Translations under genes and position numbers: made by a program
Notes under the pieces: generated by a model
What the model was told of the DNA's origin: nothing
Seen by the model: the letters and a program-made list of their open reading frames with translations, nothing else
The model's database searches: none
In this document: positions 11,101 through 23,581 of the stretch, piece after piece
How the letters are laid out: each line of letters starts with the position of its first letter
Position numbering within the stretch: position 1 is the first letter of the stretch
From: Octopus bimaculoides
Lineage: Eukaryota
Direction of reading: 5' to 3'
Assembly: GCF_001194135.2 (NCBI RefSeq)
Contig: NC_068985.1
Location: forward strand, 107,858,191 to 107,922,190
DNA: 64,000 nt

Positions 11101-14100
11101 GTCTGTAGGGTTGTTGATGCTCAAACATTCTGGTAGGGTTTGAGGAATTTTCTTATGTTTCTTAACTCTAAAAAGGAATTAGTGTGAGTAATGAGTGGTG
11201 TTAGTCTTTATTCTACTTTGATCATGTTAGACTGATGTCTTGAAGTGATAAGAAAAATTAACAATGACTTGCATATTCATTCTTAATACATTTGGACAGA
11301 TTTGAATGCAGATATCCTAATTGCTATTGTGTTTTGTCACAGGACCACAAAGTTTCCTTTATGATGAATGTGTTCATAACACATTCGATTCATGAGCACA
11401 AGGGACTCTGAGACAGCCAGTGTTTCGGCATCATTGTGTCTCATCAGTCAGTGGCACTCCAGACTAATGTATCTAACAAGAACTCTTGTTTATAATTTAG
11501 TGAACTAAGTCATTTGCTGACATGTAGGTGTAATGAAATCTGCCAACTGATAATGAATCACTGTGCATCATGTATATCTTTTACTTGTTTCAGTCATTCG
11601 GTAGTGACCATGCTCAGGCACCACCTTGAAAAGTTTTAGTTAATCAAATCAATTTCGGTGCTTATCTTTTTTTAAGCATGGCATTTATTCTGTCATTCTC
11701 TTTTTGTGAAATCATTAAGTTGCAGGGATGTAAACAAACCAACACAGGTTGTCAAGTGGTGGGAGTGGGGGTGCAAACACCGAGCCACACACACGCACCC
11801 ACATGACAGGCTTCTTTTAGTTTCTATCTAATGCACTCACAAGACTTTGGTTGGCCTGGGGCTATAGAAAACACTTATCCGAAGTGCCTTACTGTGGAAC
11901 TGAATATGGAACTGTGGTTGGGAAGCAAACTTCTTACCACACAGCCATGCCTGTACGTATGACAATTTATAAATGAAAATTTAAATGGCTTGTAATGGCT
12001 GTTGTATATTATTTCACCACTAATGAGACAACTGAAAGTGATCATGGCTACAGGTGTTAATTCTAATTTGTAATAGTGTTAATTGTGCTTTTGCTAAGTA
12101 GCCCACCACTAAACTTAGCTATTTAAGATATGCAACATATTAGATTATATTAATTCAGTTGTGTGTGGGGCCAAAGTTGTGTTACATGTGTCATGTCAGG
12201 TGTAGTCAATCTCGTGTTTCTGTTAAGTGGCCTACCTCTAAACACATTTTTGGGAGATCAGACATATTAATATGGATTGTTTCAATCGTGTGTGGTACCA
12301 GAGTTGTGTTATTTGTGTCATGTAAGGTGTAGTCTACCAGACAGACAGCTTGTGTTACATTAACTTCATATTTTGTTTCTTACCAACCTAGAATTTTAGC
12401 AAGGACTTCAGTAGTGACAGAGTTGTGTAGGAATTTGATTTATGTAGAGTAAAATGTTATTTTCATGGGATTAAACTGGTAGGCTAGCGATTACATGGCT
12501 ATTGTTTCAAATTTAACTGAAGCCAATTGGATCGTCTTAGCTTAACTCACTGTACCTGACTAAATGTAGATAATCATTTTACCAATTAATAGGTGCAGGT
12601 GTGGCTGTGTGGTTAGGAGTTTTGTTGCCCAACCACATGGTTTGGGGTTCAGTCCTACTGTTCTGTGCTTTGGGCAAGTTTTTTCTACTTAAATCAACAA
12701 GCCAACCAACGTCTTCTGAGTGAATTTGGTTGGCAGAAACTGAAAGAAGCTTGTGTGTGCATGTATTTGTGCTCTATAAAAGCTGGAAGCTGTAAGTGAT
12801 GTTGTTGCTTGTAAACAAATTCTGTTCACTTTGTGCCTTTCAAAAATGTTTGAATTAAAGAGATTTTGAAAAACAGGAAAAAATTAAAGGGCATCCATTA
12901 TAAAACAGGGTCTCGTTAAGGTAATGATATATGCAAAACAGAGTAGCATTGCAAGATGGCTGTGATAAAAGTTTTCCCTCAAAGATTTTCTCAGGCTTTC
13001 AAAACAAAACTCAGGTGAAAGGATCTCAATCTGAAACCTGATATCTACCCCCTTCTCATACCTCACCAGTATAAGGTTGCCCTGCATTGAGATATATCAC
13101 TTCTAATCTTAAAATCTAGTTACTGTCCATCAACAAAACAAAAAAAAGGCAGATATTTATCATTCTGTGCTGAGACACACATGGGGTATATTTAGTATGA
13201 AATAAGTGGTCATGCCTGTTTTACTTGGTTTGATCATATCTACATATTGGATGGTATTGGTGCATTTTGAAGTTAATTGACATGATATTGATTGTGTTTT
13301 ATGATTTGTAGAGGTTGATTTTCTATGGCCGAATGTCCTTCCTGTCATCGGTCCTCGTCTGTTTCTTTGCAGTGATGGAGTTTCTCTTTGGCTGGACATG
13401 TTTGCACGGGAGATTAGAAATTGACACTGCTTGTATGATGGTGATGCTTGTTTTACAACTGTTGTATGATGTTGAGACGAGAGGACACAAACAGTTTACT
13501 GTAGCCCAATTGTGTGTGTGTGTGTGTGTGCATAGGTAGCTATATTCGTGTCTCCTTCCTGGTGTCATACAATAGCAGTAAAATGAACATTGCTATCATA
13601 CAAGTGGTGGTCCTTTGTTTCCAACCTTCTGTGAAGACATGTCCAACTATAGGGAAATATCAGCTTGCTTGGGAACAATTTAGGAGTGGCAACAATGAGA
13701 GCAGTTAACTAAGGAAAACGTGTCTTAATGAATTCTGTTTCATTTGGTATAAGCAGGAAAAAGTGGATGTTAAAATGATGATGCTGCTTTTCAAACAGTG
13801 TATGTGTATGAATGTTTATATTCATTGTTATTTGTATAGTGCAATGTTTGTGCTGTTGGGTAGTCTGGTTGCAATAGTGTTGAAGAGAAAAGGGGTGGTA
13901 TAAGTGAGGGCTGATTTTAGCAATAGTGACATTAGATGGGGTGGGTTGTGGTGATGAAATCATTGTTGGTTGTGGAGTTTTTTTCGCTATTGACTATGCT
14001 ACCTGACTGTTTTCATGTAAAGCCCTAACAAACATCTAACACTGTATTCTTATCTCTACCCAGACAGCTTTAATTTCAAACTGTAATCTCTTCATTCTCA

Positions 14101-14265
14101 GAGTATTTTATATAAAGCTGGACATTGGTTAAGAAGAAGGTACAAAAATATTATGGTGGTGGTATGGATGCTTTTAGAAACATGTGTTCTGCCGTGAAGT
14201 TATCACAATGAAGCATTTGATAAGAATTAGTATGTAACTAGTTGATTGTTTTGATGACTCTAGAA

Positions 14266-14537
14266 CAGGGATCAGCAAAGTTCTTATCTCATAGACCCCC
14301 ACCCGTCATGGAATTGTTGATAACTTATCAACTCCCATCATGTAAGTTTCTAAAACACAATTAAAAAGTATAATTACTACAAAATCTCTTGACTTATAAA
14401 CAATAATTTCTTCATTTCTTCATTGTTGTACTGCTTTTTACTAAGAAATATGTAAAGAAATTTAATGAAGATACTTAATGAAGTTGAAAAAGAGCAATAA
14501 AATTACAAGTGTTTATTGACCACTTAGCTGATCCCTA
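14266..14537. mobile_element. hAT (Charlie-like) MITE
   Basis: TIR agggatcagcaaag / cttagctgatccct (13 of 14 match); 8-bp TSD ctctagaa / ctatagaa (7 of 8). Confidence 0.8.
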
Positions 14538-15377
14538 CTATAGAAGAACAAACCATGAGTAAAATTTGGCTGATGGAAACCATGTGGAAGCCCATTGGAG
14601 TGACCATTCCAATTCTTGCTTGGTAAACTGAATCCATTGCAACAACACTACCTGGCCCTTGGGTACCTTGTGCAAAATCCACTTTGTTGTAATGATTTTT
14701 GGGAAGTCTTTGGTTTGAAGACAACTTTCTCTCTGCTTCCTACAAGTCTTGAAAACTGAAAAAGGGTCATGGACAGTACCCTCCCTCATTTGAGTTAGCC
14801 ATTAAAAATTGATAGTAGATGGTAACCTTAAAACCTTGTGACCTAAAGTCAGAGGTATTTCAAATCAGGACCTACAAATTTTTGTCTCTTATGTTTTTTT
14901 TTCATACTGTAGTCACATCCAATACATTTTGTTTTAAGATGGTAGTGTGGTTTTAGGGAGATTTAGCTGCAATTTCTAGTAGGTTGGGTGACTATTGAGA
15001 CTCCCTTGGATTGTCAGAATAACACTTGAGTGGTGTGAATATTCAATAATGCTATGTTAGCTGTAGAAGACCATGATGGAGAGGAAAATTGTAAGTCATT
15101 CGACTGTAGCTATGCTAAGACATCACTTTAATAAGTAGAATTCATTTAAAATCAACATAATTATTTGAATGCCATGTATTTTATTGATCTTGACAGGTTG
15201 AAAGACTCAGCTTTGAGAGAGATCTGAACTCAATTTGGTTTTGATCCACCAGCCAAATAAAAGTTCCAGTGGTAGAAATATGTAACTGGTGTCTTGGTGG
15301 TGATGGTGGTTTAGATGTCATTTACCTCAAATTACGTTAGTTAGCACCACTGCAATGCTCTCTAAAATATTTTTATT

Positions 15378-15810
15378 CCATGACTTGGTTGTGTGGTTAA
15401 GAAGCTTGCTTCCCAACCATATGATCTTGGGTTTAGTCCTACTGCTCAGCACTTTGAGCAGGTGTTTTCTACTATATTCTTAGGCTGGCCAAAACTTTGT
15501 GAATGGATATAGTAGACGGAAATTAAAAGAGGCCTGTTTTATGTGTGTGTATGTGTGTAACCTTGTCTAGACATCACCTGATGGTCAAAAATGAGCCACA
15601 TTGTCATACAAGGACGGTTGCTCATTTCTATTCTTCTGCTAAAAAACATGCCGAGCTATGGAAAAACATTACCTTTCTTGGAAACGGGTAAGAGATGATG
15701 GCAGGAAGGGTTTGGGAATCTGACCATAAAAAATTTGCATCAACAAATTCTGTTTGCATGCATGCAAGCCTGGAAAAAACATTAAATGATGACGATGATG
15801 ATGATGATTC
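15378..15810 (+). mobile_element. SINE family C head with tail type 2 ((GAT)n end)
   Basis: Same head as above, then ccttgtctagacatcac...ggaaacgggtaag...gcaggaaggg...gatgatgat. Similar copies at about 21127-21500, 41240-41600, 53500-53910, 58240-58620 and 60652-61082. Confidence 0.7.
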
Positions 15811-17591
15811 ATTTGTCTATGAATTATTTTGACTTTTTTTTTCAGTAAATTTCAGGTCAGACACGCTTGTAAATAAATATAGGTTACGCATAAGATTTGA
15901 TTTGTTAATCTTCCTTCATAACTGAATTCACTACTACAGCCAGTTCTATCCGTATCACCACCCACAACCACCTAACTCCTTACCTATCCCTCTTGATTTA
16001 TATTTTATTGCATTTCTCTCTTTATTTATTTACATGAATTACTCGACTTGTTTGGTAGTTGGCCTATTTTGAAGGGCTTAGTTGAAAAAATCACCAGCAG
16101 TACTTGATGTTTTATTGGCCTTGTTTTTGTTTTTTGTTGTACTACTAAGTTATGGGGACGTAAACAAACCAACACAGGTTGTCAACCAGTAGTGGTAGTA
16201 GGGGTCAAACATAACATAACATACAATGGTCTATTCCAGTTTCTGTCTACTGAATCCACTCAAGTTTTTGTTTGACTTGGGGCTGTTGTAGAAGACACTT
16301 CTCTAAGGTGCCACACAGTGCGATTGAACCCAAAACCACATTGCTGGAAAGCAAGCTTCTTAACCATATACCCAAATCTGCACCACTATTATATATTTTT
16401 ATCATCTTGATCTGACTCTTTCATAGTTAGCATAAAGCTGCTACTCCTCCTTAGTCTATAACCCATAGCTACTATCTACCACATTGCCCTGACCTACCTC
16501 TACCATCTATCACTGTTACTGACTACATCAGCCTGTCTTACCTCTATAATAACCGTCTACCACTGTTAAATACCACATCACTCTGATCTACTTATATAGT
16601 TGCCATATACTACTGCACCATCCTGACTATTCCTAGCTACCATTTACCGTTGTTACATATCACAGCAACCTGACATATATCTACCTCCACAATCAATACT
16701 TATCTACCCATGAAAACAGGAGATGTGATAATGCCATGTAGCTGTATGTCCCAACACGCCATGTCCCAGTGTTAGGTTCAGGTCATTCAATGGAACTGGT
16801 CTGTAACAGAACTGTTAACAATGCAGCTCTACTTTAATTCTGTTACTACCATTTCTGGTTAGACTGGAAAATGAACAACTGATTCCACACAAATTTATCC
16901 AAGTGGTACTACCTAAAAGTGTACTAAAACAAAAGACATGACAACTGTTCTTGGAGTTACATGAATACTTGATCTGTCAATGATTGAATCGGCTAATTCT
17001 GTCCAACAACTTATGTCCTCAAAGTTACCATTGAAACATGGTATTGTAGCATTCATTTTGGTTTCATCCCTTCTGAATCTAATTCGCAACAGTAGCCATA
17101 GGAAGAAAAGCTGTGCTGTGAGCTGACATAACAATTTTTAACTTAGAGCTGCAGCCAGCTGTGACTTTTCATCCTACAAGCTTAAATGATTTTGTCAGTT
17201 TGTACTCTGGTACTGTACTCTGTCCATAACAAACAGAGCAATGCAAAGTTGGCTGTGTGTGTGTGTTTATTAATCACAAGACTGACACAGCATACAGGAG
17301 ATTAAATATGTAAATAAGATCATACCCAGCCTTATCATGTTTACATTATTCATAAAGTAGTGTTCTTATATTCTCTCAGAGCTTATGGGGAAGTATCTGA
17401 ATCCTGGCAATGACTTATCCAGAGCCAAAAACAAATCTCTTAGTCAATTCTGTCTCCTCAGCTGCTGAAAACTCTGTCGTTCAACCTGCAGATCTATTTT
17501 GATCTATTTTCATAACATAAATATATATCTATTAAACAAATGACGGTGACTTTGTTTACAAGTATAATTTTGTAAGTATTACATGCTCCAG

Positions 17592-17625
<34 letters not shown>

Positions 17626-17628
<3 letters not shown>

Positions 17629-18033
17629 ACTCTTTTACTTGCTTCAGTCATTTGACTGCGGCCATGCTGGAGCACTGCCTTTAGTCGAGCAAATTGACCC
17701 CAGGACTTATTCTTTGGAAGCCTAGTACTTATTCTATCAGTCTCTTTTGCCGAACCACTAAGTTACGGGGACGTAAACACACCACCATCAGTTGTCAAGC
17801 GATGTTGGGGGGACAAACACAGACACACAAACATACACACACACATAAATATATATATATATATATATACACATATATACAATGGGCTTCTTTCAGTTTC
17901 CGTCTACCAAATCCACTCACAAGGCTTTGGTTGACCCGAGGCTATAGTGGAAGACACTTGCCCAAGGTGCCACGCAGTGGGAATGAACCTGGAACCATTT
18001 GGTTGGTAAGCAAGCTACTTACCACACAGCCAT
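17626..18033 (-). mobile_element. SINE family C, tail type 1
   Basis: Reverse complement of the 21532 copy, well preserved. Confidence 0.85.
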
Positions 18034-18390
18034 GTATGCATGTTATATATATGCAAGCATGGTTGTATTAAGTTGATTTCCCAACCACATTGTATTCAGT
18101 CTCACTGTGCAGCAACTTGGGCAAATGTTTTCCTATATGTCATTGGCCTGGTCAAAAAACCCCTGTGAGTGAATCTGGTTGACAGGAACTGAAAGAAAAC
18201 TGTTGTATGTATATGTATGTTTGTGCGCAGATACACACACGTATATGCACACACACATGCGCGCGTCTTCCATTTACTCCATAATGAAATAAGAGATGTC
18301 ATATTTGAAAATAAAGGTTAGTAATAGGAAAAGCCTCCAGCAGTAAAGCCATACCTCAAAAATATATTTGTCTAACCCTACCTGTATAGA

Positions 18391-18426
<36 letters not shown>

Positions 18427-18566
18427 ATATCAGTGTCGCCTTACTGGCATGTTAGAAAATCATTTGAGCGAGGTCGTTGCCAGTGCCACTGGACTGGTTC
18501 CTGTGCAGGTGGCATGTAAAAAACACCATTTTGAGCGTGGCCGTTGCCAGTACCATGTGACTGGCC

Positions 18567-19174
18567 NNNNNNNNNNNNNNNNNNNNNNNNNNNNNNNNNN
18601 NNNNNNNNNNNNNNNNNNNNNNNNNNNNNNNNNNNNNNNNNNNNNNNNNNNNNNNNNNNNNNNNNNNNNNNNNNNNNNNNNNNNNNNNNNNNNNNNNNNN
18701 NNNNNNNNNNNNNNNNNNNNNNNNNNNNNNNNNNNNNNNNNNNNNNNNNNNNNNNNNNNNNNNNNNNNNNNNNNNNNNNNNNNNNNNNNNNNNNNNNNNN
18801 NNNNNNNNNNNNNNNNNNNNNNNNNNNNNNNNNNNNNNNNNNNNNNNNNNNNNNNNNNNNNNNNNNNNNNNNNNNNNNNNNNNNNNNNNNNNNNNNNNNN
18901 NNNNNNNNNNNNNNNNNNNNNNNNNNNNNNNNNNNNNNNNNNNNNNNNNNNNNNNNNNNNNNNNNNNNNNNNNNNNNNNNNNNNNNNNNNNNNNNNNNNN
19001 NNNNNNNNNNNNNNNNNNNNNNNNNNNNNNNNNNNNNNNNNNNNNNNNNNNNNNNNNNNNNNNNNNNNNNNNNNNNNNNNNNNNNNNNNNNNNNNNNNNN
19101 NNNNNNNNNNNNNNNNNNNNNNNNNNNNNNNNNNNNNNNNNNNNNNNNNNNNNNNNNNNNNNNNNNNNNNNNNN
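18567..19174. other. Assembly gap (N)
   Basis: Run of N; other gaps at 24343-24662, 47870-47961, ~51229-51711 and 59629-60142. Confidence 1.
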
Positions 19175-21531
19175 GGACAATGGACTTTGAATGATGATGA
19201 TTTGTATATATATGAATGATAGAAATAGTAGTGCTTGTAGTATTTGCTGAAGAGGCTGGTGTAGTTGATACTTACCTTGAACATCAAAAAGCTGGTGATG
19301 CACCTGCTCTTGAGTGGACCATATCAGTTACTGGATGCTATTTAGTTGTTCCTTCATTTTGAGCTGCATGTGTTAGTGTTGTTTCTATTCTCCTGTGCTA
19401 CATTCAAATGCATGCACCACTGAGCAACCATGCTAGTTAACCTCTTGTTGGATCTGACTCAGTATCTGGTTTCTGTTTTTGTGTGTATCACCAGCTCCCC
19501 ACTCCTTCTGTGATTTTCTCCAACACTATACTTACATTGATGACCTCTTTAAAACACCATATGATATATATGTCTATATAAAGTATTTACAACGTAAGTG
19601 CATATTAAACGGTTGTGTATTTTTCTCATTTTTATTCAAGCAGTTTACATCTGTTATGCATACTGTATGGACACACACAACATGCTCTGCACATTGCCAT
19701 CCACACCAAACTACATAGTACAGTAACTGGAAAACCTTATCAATAGCTAGCAGAAAAATTACCCTCCTCTGTACCCTGTAAATCTAATATGATAAATGTG
19801 AAAACTAATTTGTGTGTCAGTGTGTCACACTTTGACTCCCCTCTCTCACTGTTCAATGACACTTCTACTATTCCTTGTGATGGGGTGAGAGTAATAGTAA
19901 GCATAATAAGGTGAGGGCGATGGTGAAGACAGGCAAAGAGAGAGACAGAAAGAAAGATAAAGACATTTAGGGAGAGTTGATGTTTTATTAAAAGTAGTTG
20001 TGTTGATGGTGGCAGTTGGAGTAATAATAAGAGAGAGAGAGAGAAAGAGGGACTGACACTGAATCAACATACTGAACACTGATGGTAAATGAGTGATACT
20101 AATAGTATGAGCTGTACCTGTGATAGAGGCGGAGGCAGTGGTGATGATGGTGGTGGCGGTGGTAGCTGAGGTGGTCAGGGATGAAGGTGAGAGTCAGCGA
20201 TGTGAAAGACAGTGGTGATGGTGGTGGAGGGGAAGGCATTGAAGTCAAGGGTATTGATGGTGGTGGTGTCAGACGTCTGAATGGTGTGTGTATGGTAGAT
20301 GTGGTGGCAACTTTGCAATAAGTTCCAAGTTGACAAATTATATCATTATTTTGATGAAAATTGTTCATGTAATATGTACTCAATGCATGAAGTGTCATTG
20401 TTGGGCCCAAGACCTAATGAAGAGCCCTTCATAGGAGCTAGCTTAAAAGCCGCCCTATTGGGTGGCTTTTGAGCTAGTTTTTTATAATGGCTTATTCATT
20501 ACATTGCTAACCTATGCATTTTTTCAACAACAAATGATTGCCCATGCTGACATCCAACTATGTCAGCCAAGGGGCTGTGCAACAGCAACAACCCTTTCAC
20601 AGTATACACATATCTTGGTCTGTCTGTCTGTCTGTCTCTCATATAAATGTTTTATTACAAGGTGTGACATCTGAAACAAATGGACCAATGAATTTATATT
20701 TAGAAATAGTTTTAAAGAACTATTTAGAAAAAAAAAACTGGTGTGTGTGTGTGTGTGTTATTGTGCCAATGTAGTCACATTCCTGCCTATTAGTGTATGT
20801 GTGTGTGTGTGGAAACACTAAGGCTGAAGAATGTTGAGTTATATTGTCACAAGAGTGGCTTGGCTAGTTAGCTAGAATTTATTGTTCTACTGAATGGTAC
20901 AGCTTGACAAGTATACATTCACAGGGTTTACGAAAAAAAAACATGTTGTAAACTTTATTGGTGGAAGGTAGCTCTGGTGGTACTGGTAGGCCAAGAATGA
21001 CTTAGAATAAATGAAGTCGGATCTGAGAATTTTAAGTCTCTGACAAGATGATAATGGGTTGATGTATGGCGATAGGCTGTTTCAATCCAACTGATGTCAC
21101 AAGAAAAACAAAGATAGGTGTGTGTGTGTGTGTGTGTATTTATATATAGGCACAGGTATAGCTGTGCAGTTAAGAAGCTTGCTTCTCAGCCTTGTGATCT
21201 TGGGTTCACACCCATTGCGCTGCACCTTGGGTATGCATCTTCTATGTAGTCCACAGCCTTGTGAGTGGATTTGCTTAGATGGAGACTGTATGTACATGTG
21301 TTTGTGTGTACCCTTGTCTTGACATCACGCGATGGTTGTTAATGAATGTCACCGTGATATGAGTAATGTTCTTTGTGTCCAGTCTTATTTGAGAAAAAAC
21401 ATGTTTGGCTATGGAGAAATATTACCCTGCTTGGAAATGAGTGGGGGCTGATGACAAGAAGGGCATCTAGTCATAGGAAAATCTGCTTCATCAAATTCTG
21501 AGTTAAACAAGCAAGGAAAAGTAACTATTAT

Positions 21532-21933
21532 AGGTGCAGGAGTGGCTGTGTGGTAAGTAGCTTGCTTACCAACCACATGGTTCCAGGTTCATTCCTACTG
21601 CATGGCACCTTGAGCAAGTGTCTTTTACTACAGCCTCGGGCCGACTAAAGCCTTGTGAGTGGATTTGGTAGACGGAAACTGAAAGAAGCCCGTCGTATAT
21701 ATGTATATATATAAATATATGTATGTGTGTGTATATGTTTGTGACTGTGTTTGTCCCTCAATATCGCTTGACAACCGATGCTGGTGTGTTTATGTCCCCG
21801 TAACTTAGCAGTTTGGCAAAAGAGATCGATAGAATAAGTACTAGGCTTCCAAAGAATAAGTCCTGGGATCGATTTGCTCGGCTAAAAGGTGGTGCTCCAG
21901 CATGGCTGCAGTCAAATGACTGAAACAAAAGAG
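21532..21933 (+). mobile_element. tRNA/CORE-like SINE, family C with tail type 1 (GTAAAAGA-type end)
   Basis: A box TGGCTGTGTGG (21543-21553), B-box-like GGTTCATTCC (21586-21595), CORE-like caccttgagcaagtgtctt, internal (TA)/(TG) tract, 3' block ...ggtgctccagcatggctgcagtcaaatgactgaaac. Confidence 0.85.
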
Positions 21934-22614
21934 TGTTAAGACTGATAATATTGATACACACACACACACACACACACACATTAATTTGGCTACCAGTTTA
22001 AGGCCACGAGTGATTTATAGTTAATGAGTCAGAGGATAGATAAAAATGGAGATTTGCTGTTGATCGGTTTTTAGTCTTTTTATAAAACTGTGGTGTTGCA
22101 GAATGGTTTACATTGCACAGTGGTTGTTACAGAAGAGTTGGAATAAGGGAATCTGAAGCTACTTCATTACTCAATCTTACATGAACCACCACTCCCATCA
22201 GTGATTTAAGGGAGGAAAGATATTTACCTTTGAATATTGCTGGCCTTGCATGTTTAGTGCAAAATCTGATTTTGAATGTGTTGAAGAAAAAGTTTTTGCA
22301 AATCAAAATCTGCAGTCCTGTGAAAGATTAAGCGCAGATAATACCTACAAATGTGTTTGTTTCTTTGATACTGGTATCTTTTATTGTCGTCAGATTATTG
22401 TGAAATTGGCAATATTGCAGAAATGTTGTTTTTTTAATGTAAGTAGCCATTTCTGCTAAAAACTATTGTGCTTGTGTTGTTAGTTAGTTACATGATTAAA
22501 AACAGGTATTTTCAAAAAGAGATAAAAGGAAGAAAGATGTTGGTAGTAAATTAAATGCAATTAATAATTAATTCTTTTATTGACTACAAGGGATAATTAA
22601 ATGCAATTAATAAT

Positions 22615-22996
22615 TTGTTGTTGGCACTCCGTCGCTTACGACATTGAGGGTTCCAGTTGATCAACGGAACAGCCTGCTCGTGAAATTAACGTGCAAGTGG
22701 CTGAGCACTCCACAGACACGTGTACCCTTAACGAAGTTCTCGAGGATATTCAGCCTGACACAGTGTGACAAGGCTGACCCTTTGATTTACAGGCACAACA
22801 GAAACAGGAAGTAAGAGTGAGAGAAAGTTGTGGTGAAAGAGTACAGCAGGGTTCGCCACCATCCCCTGCTGGAGCCTCGTGGAGCTTTAGGTGTTTTCGC
22901 TCAATAAACACTCACAACACCCGGTCTGGGAATCGAAATCGCGATCCTATGACCGCAATTCTGCTGCCCTAACCACTGGGCCATTGCGCCTCCACA
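22615..22996 (-). mobile_element. SINE family A, full length
   Basis: Reverse complement of the 40629 copy; 11-bp TSD caattaataat (22604-22614 and 22997-23007). Confidence 0.9.
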
Positions 22997-23372
22997 CAAT
23001 TAATAATAGATGTAGAAATACAAACATTACAAAAAGAATTTTTTGTGGCATATTCATGATGAAATTTATTGGTAAACTGAGCTACCCCCATCAGAAATAA
23101 CATACCCAAGCATTGCATGGATTTTAACATTTAGAAACTGTTAGCTGCTCCCTTTTGCTTGATATACTTATGAATATGGTGGGTAATTCTACTGATCAAA
23201 GTCAATGGTAAAAATTGTAAATACATGGATAAAGAGAGAATTCCATAGTGGAACTGTTTTGAGGTGGAAGGATTGGCATAGTAAGCTATAAAGAGCAATA
23301 AGCATCAGTTCCTGAAAGATAACCAGACACACTCATACATATATATACATGACATGTTTTCACATGATTTCT

Positions 23373-23581
23373 TATTTCTTTATTGCCCACAAGGGGTTAA
23401 ACATAGAGGGGACAAACAAGGGGATTATGTTGATTACATCGACCCCAGTGCGTAACTGGTACTTAATTTATCGACCCCGAAAGGATGAAAGGCAAAGTCG
23501 ACCTCGGTGGAATTTGAACTCAGAATGTAAAGACAGACGAAATACCGCTGAGCATTTTGCCCGGCGTGCTAACGTTTCTGC
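23373..23581 (-). mobile_element. SINE family D
   Basis: Reverse complement of the 7885 copy; 20-bp TSD catgttttcacatgatttct (23353-23372 and 23582-23601). Older copies at about 5220-5420, 38280-38510, 46800-46995, 50370-50580 and 62015-62160. Confidence 0.9.

Noticed and set aside
11346-11450. Possible exon after ttttgtcacag
   Set aside because: Stops in all three frames from the acceptor and no convincing donor.
14102-14161. Possible exon SILYKAGHWLRRR(YKNIMVV)
   Set aside because: The acceptor is reasonable, but the better donor gives phase 2 (breaks the frame) and the phase-0 donor is weak; no homology support.
18368-19303. Long ORFs (216-283 aa) here and at 24257, 51100-52003 and 59420-60211
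   Set aside because: They are open only because N runs translate as X.
19846-20410. Pro/Thr/His-rich minus-strand ORFs
   Set aside because: Low-complexity GGT/GAT/GA tracts with no splice or domain support.
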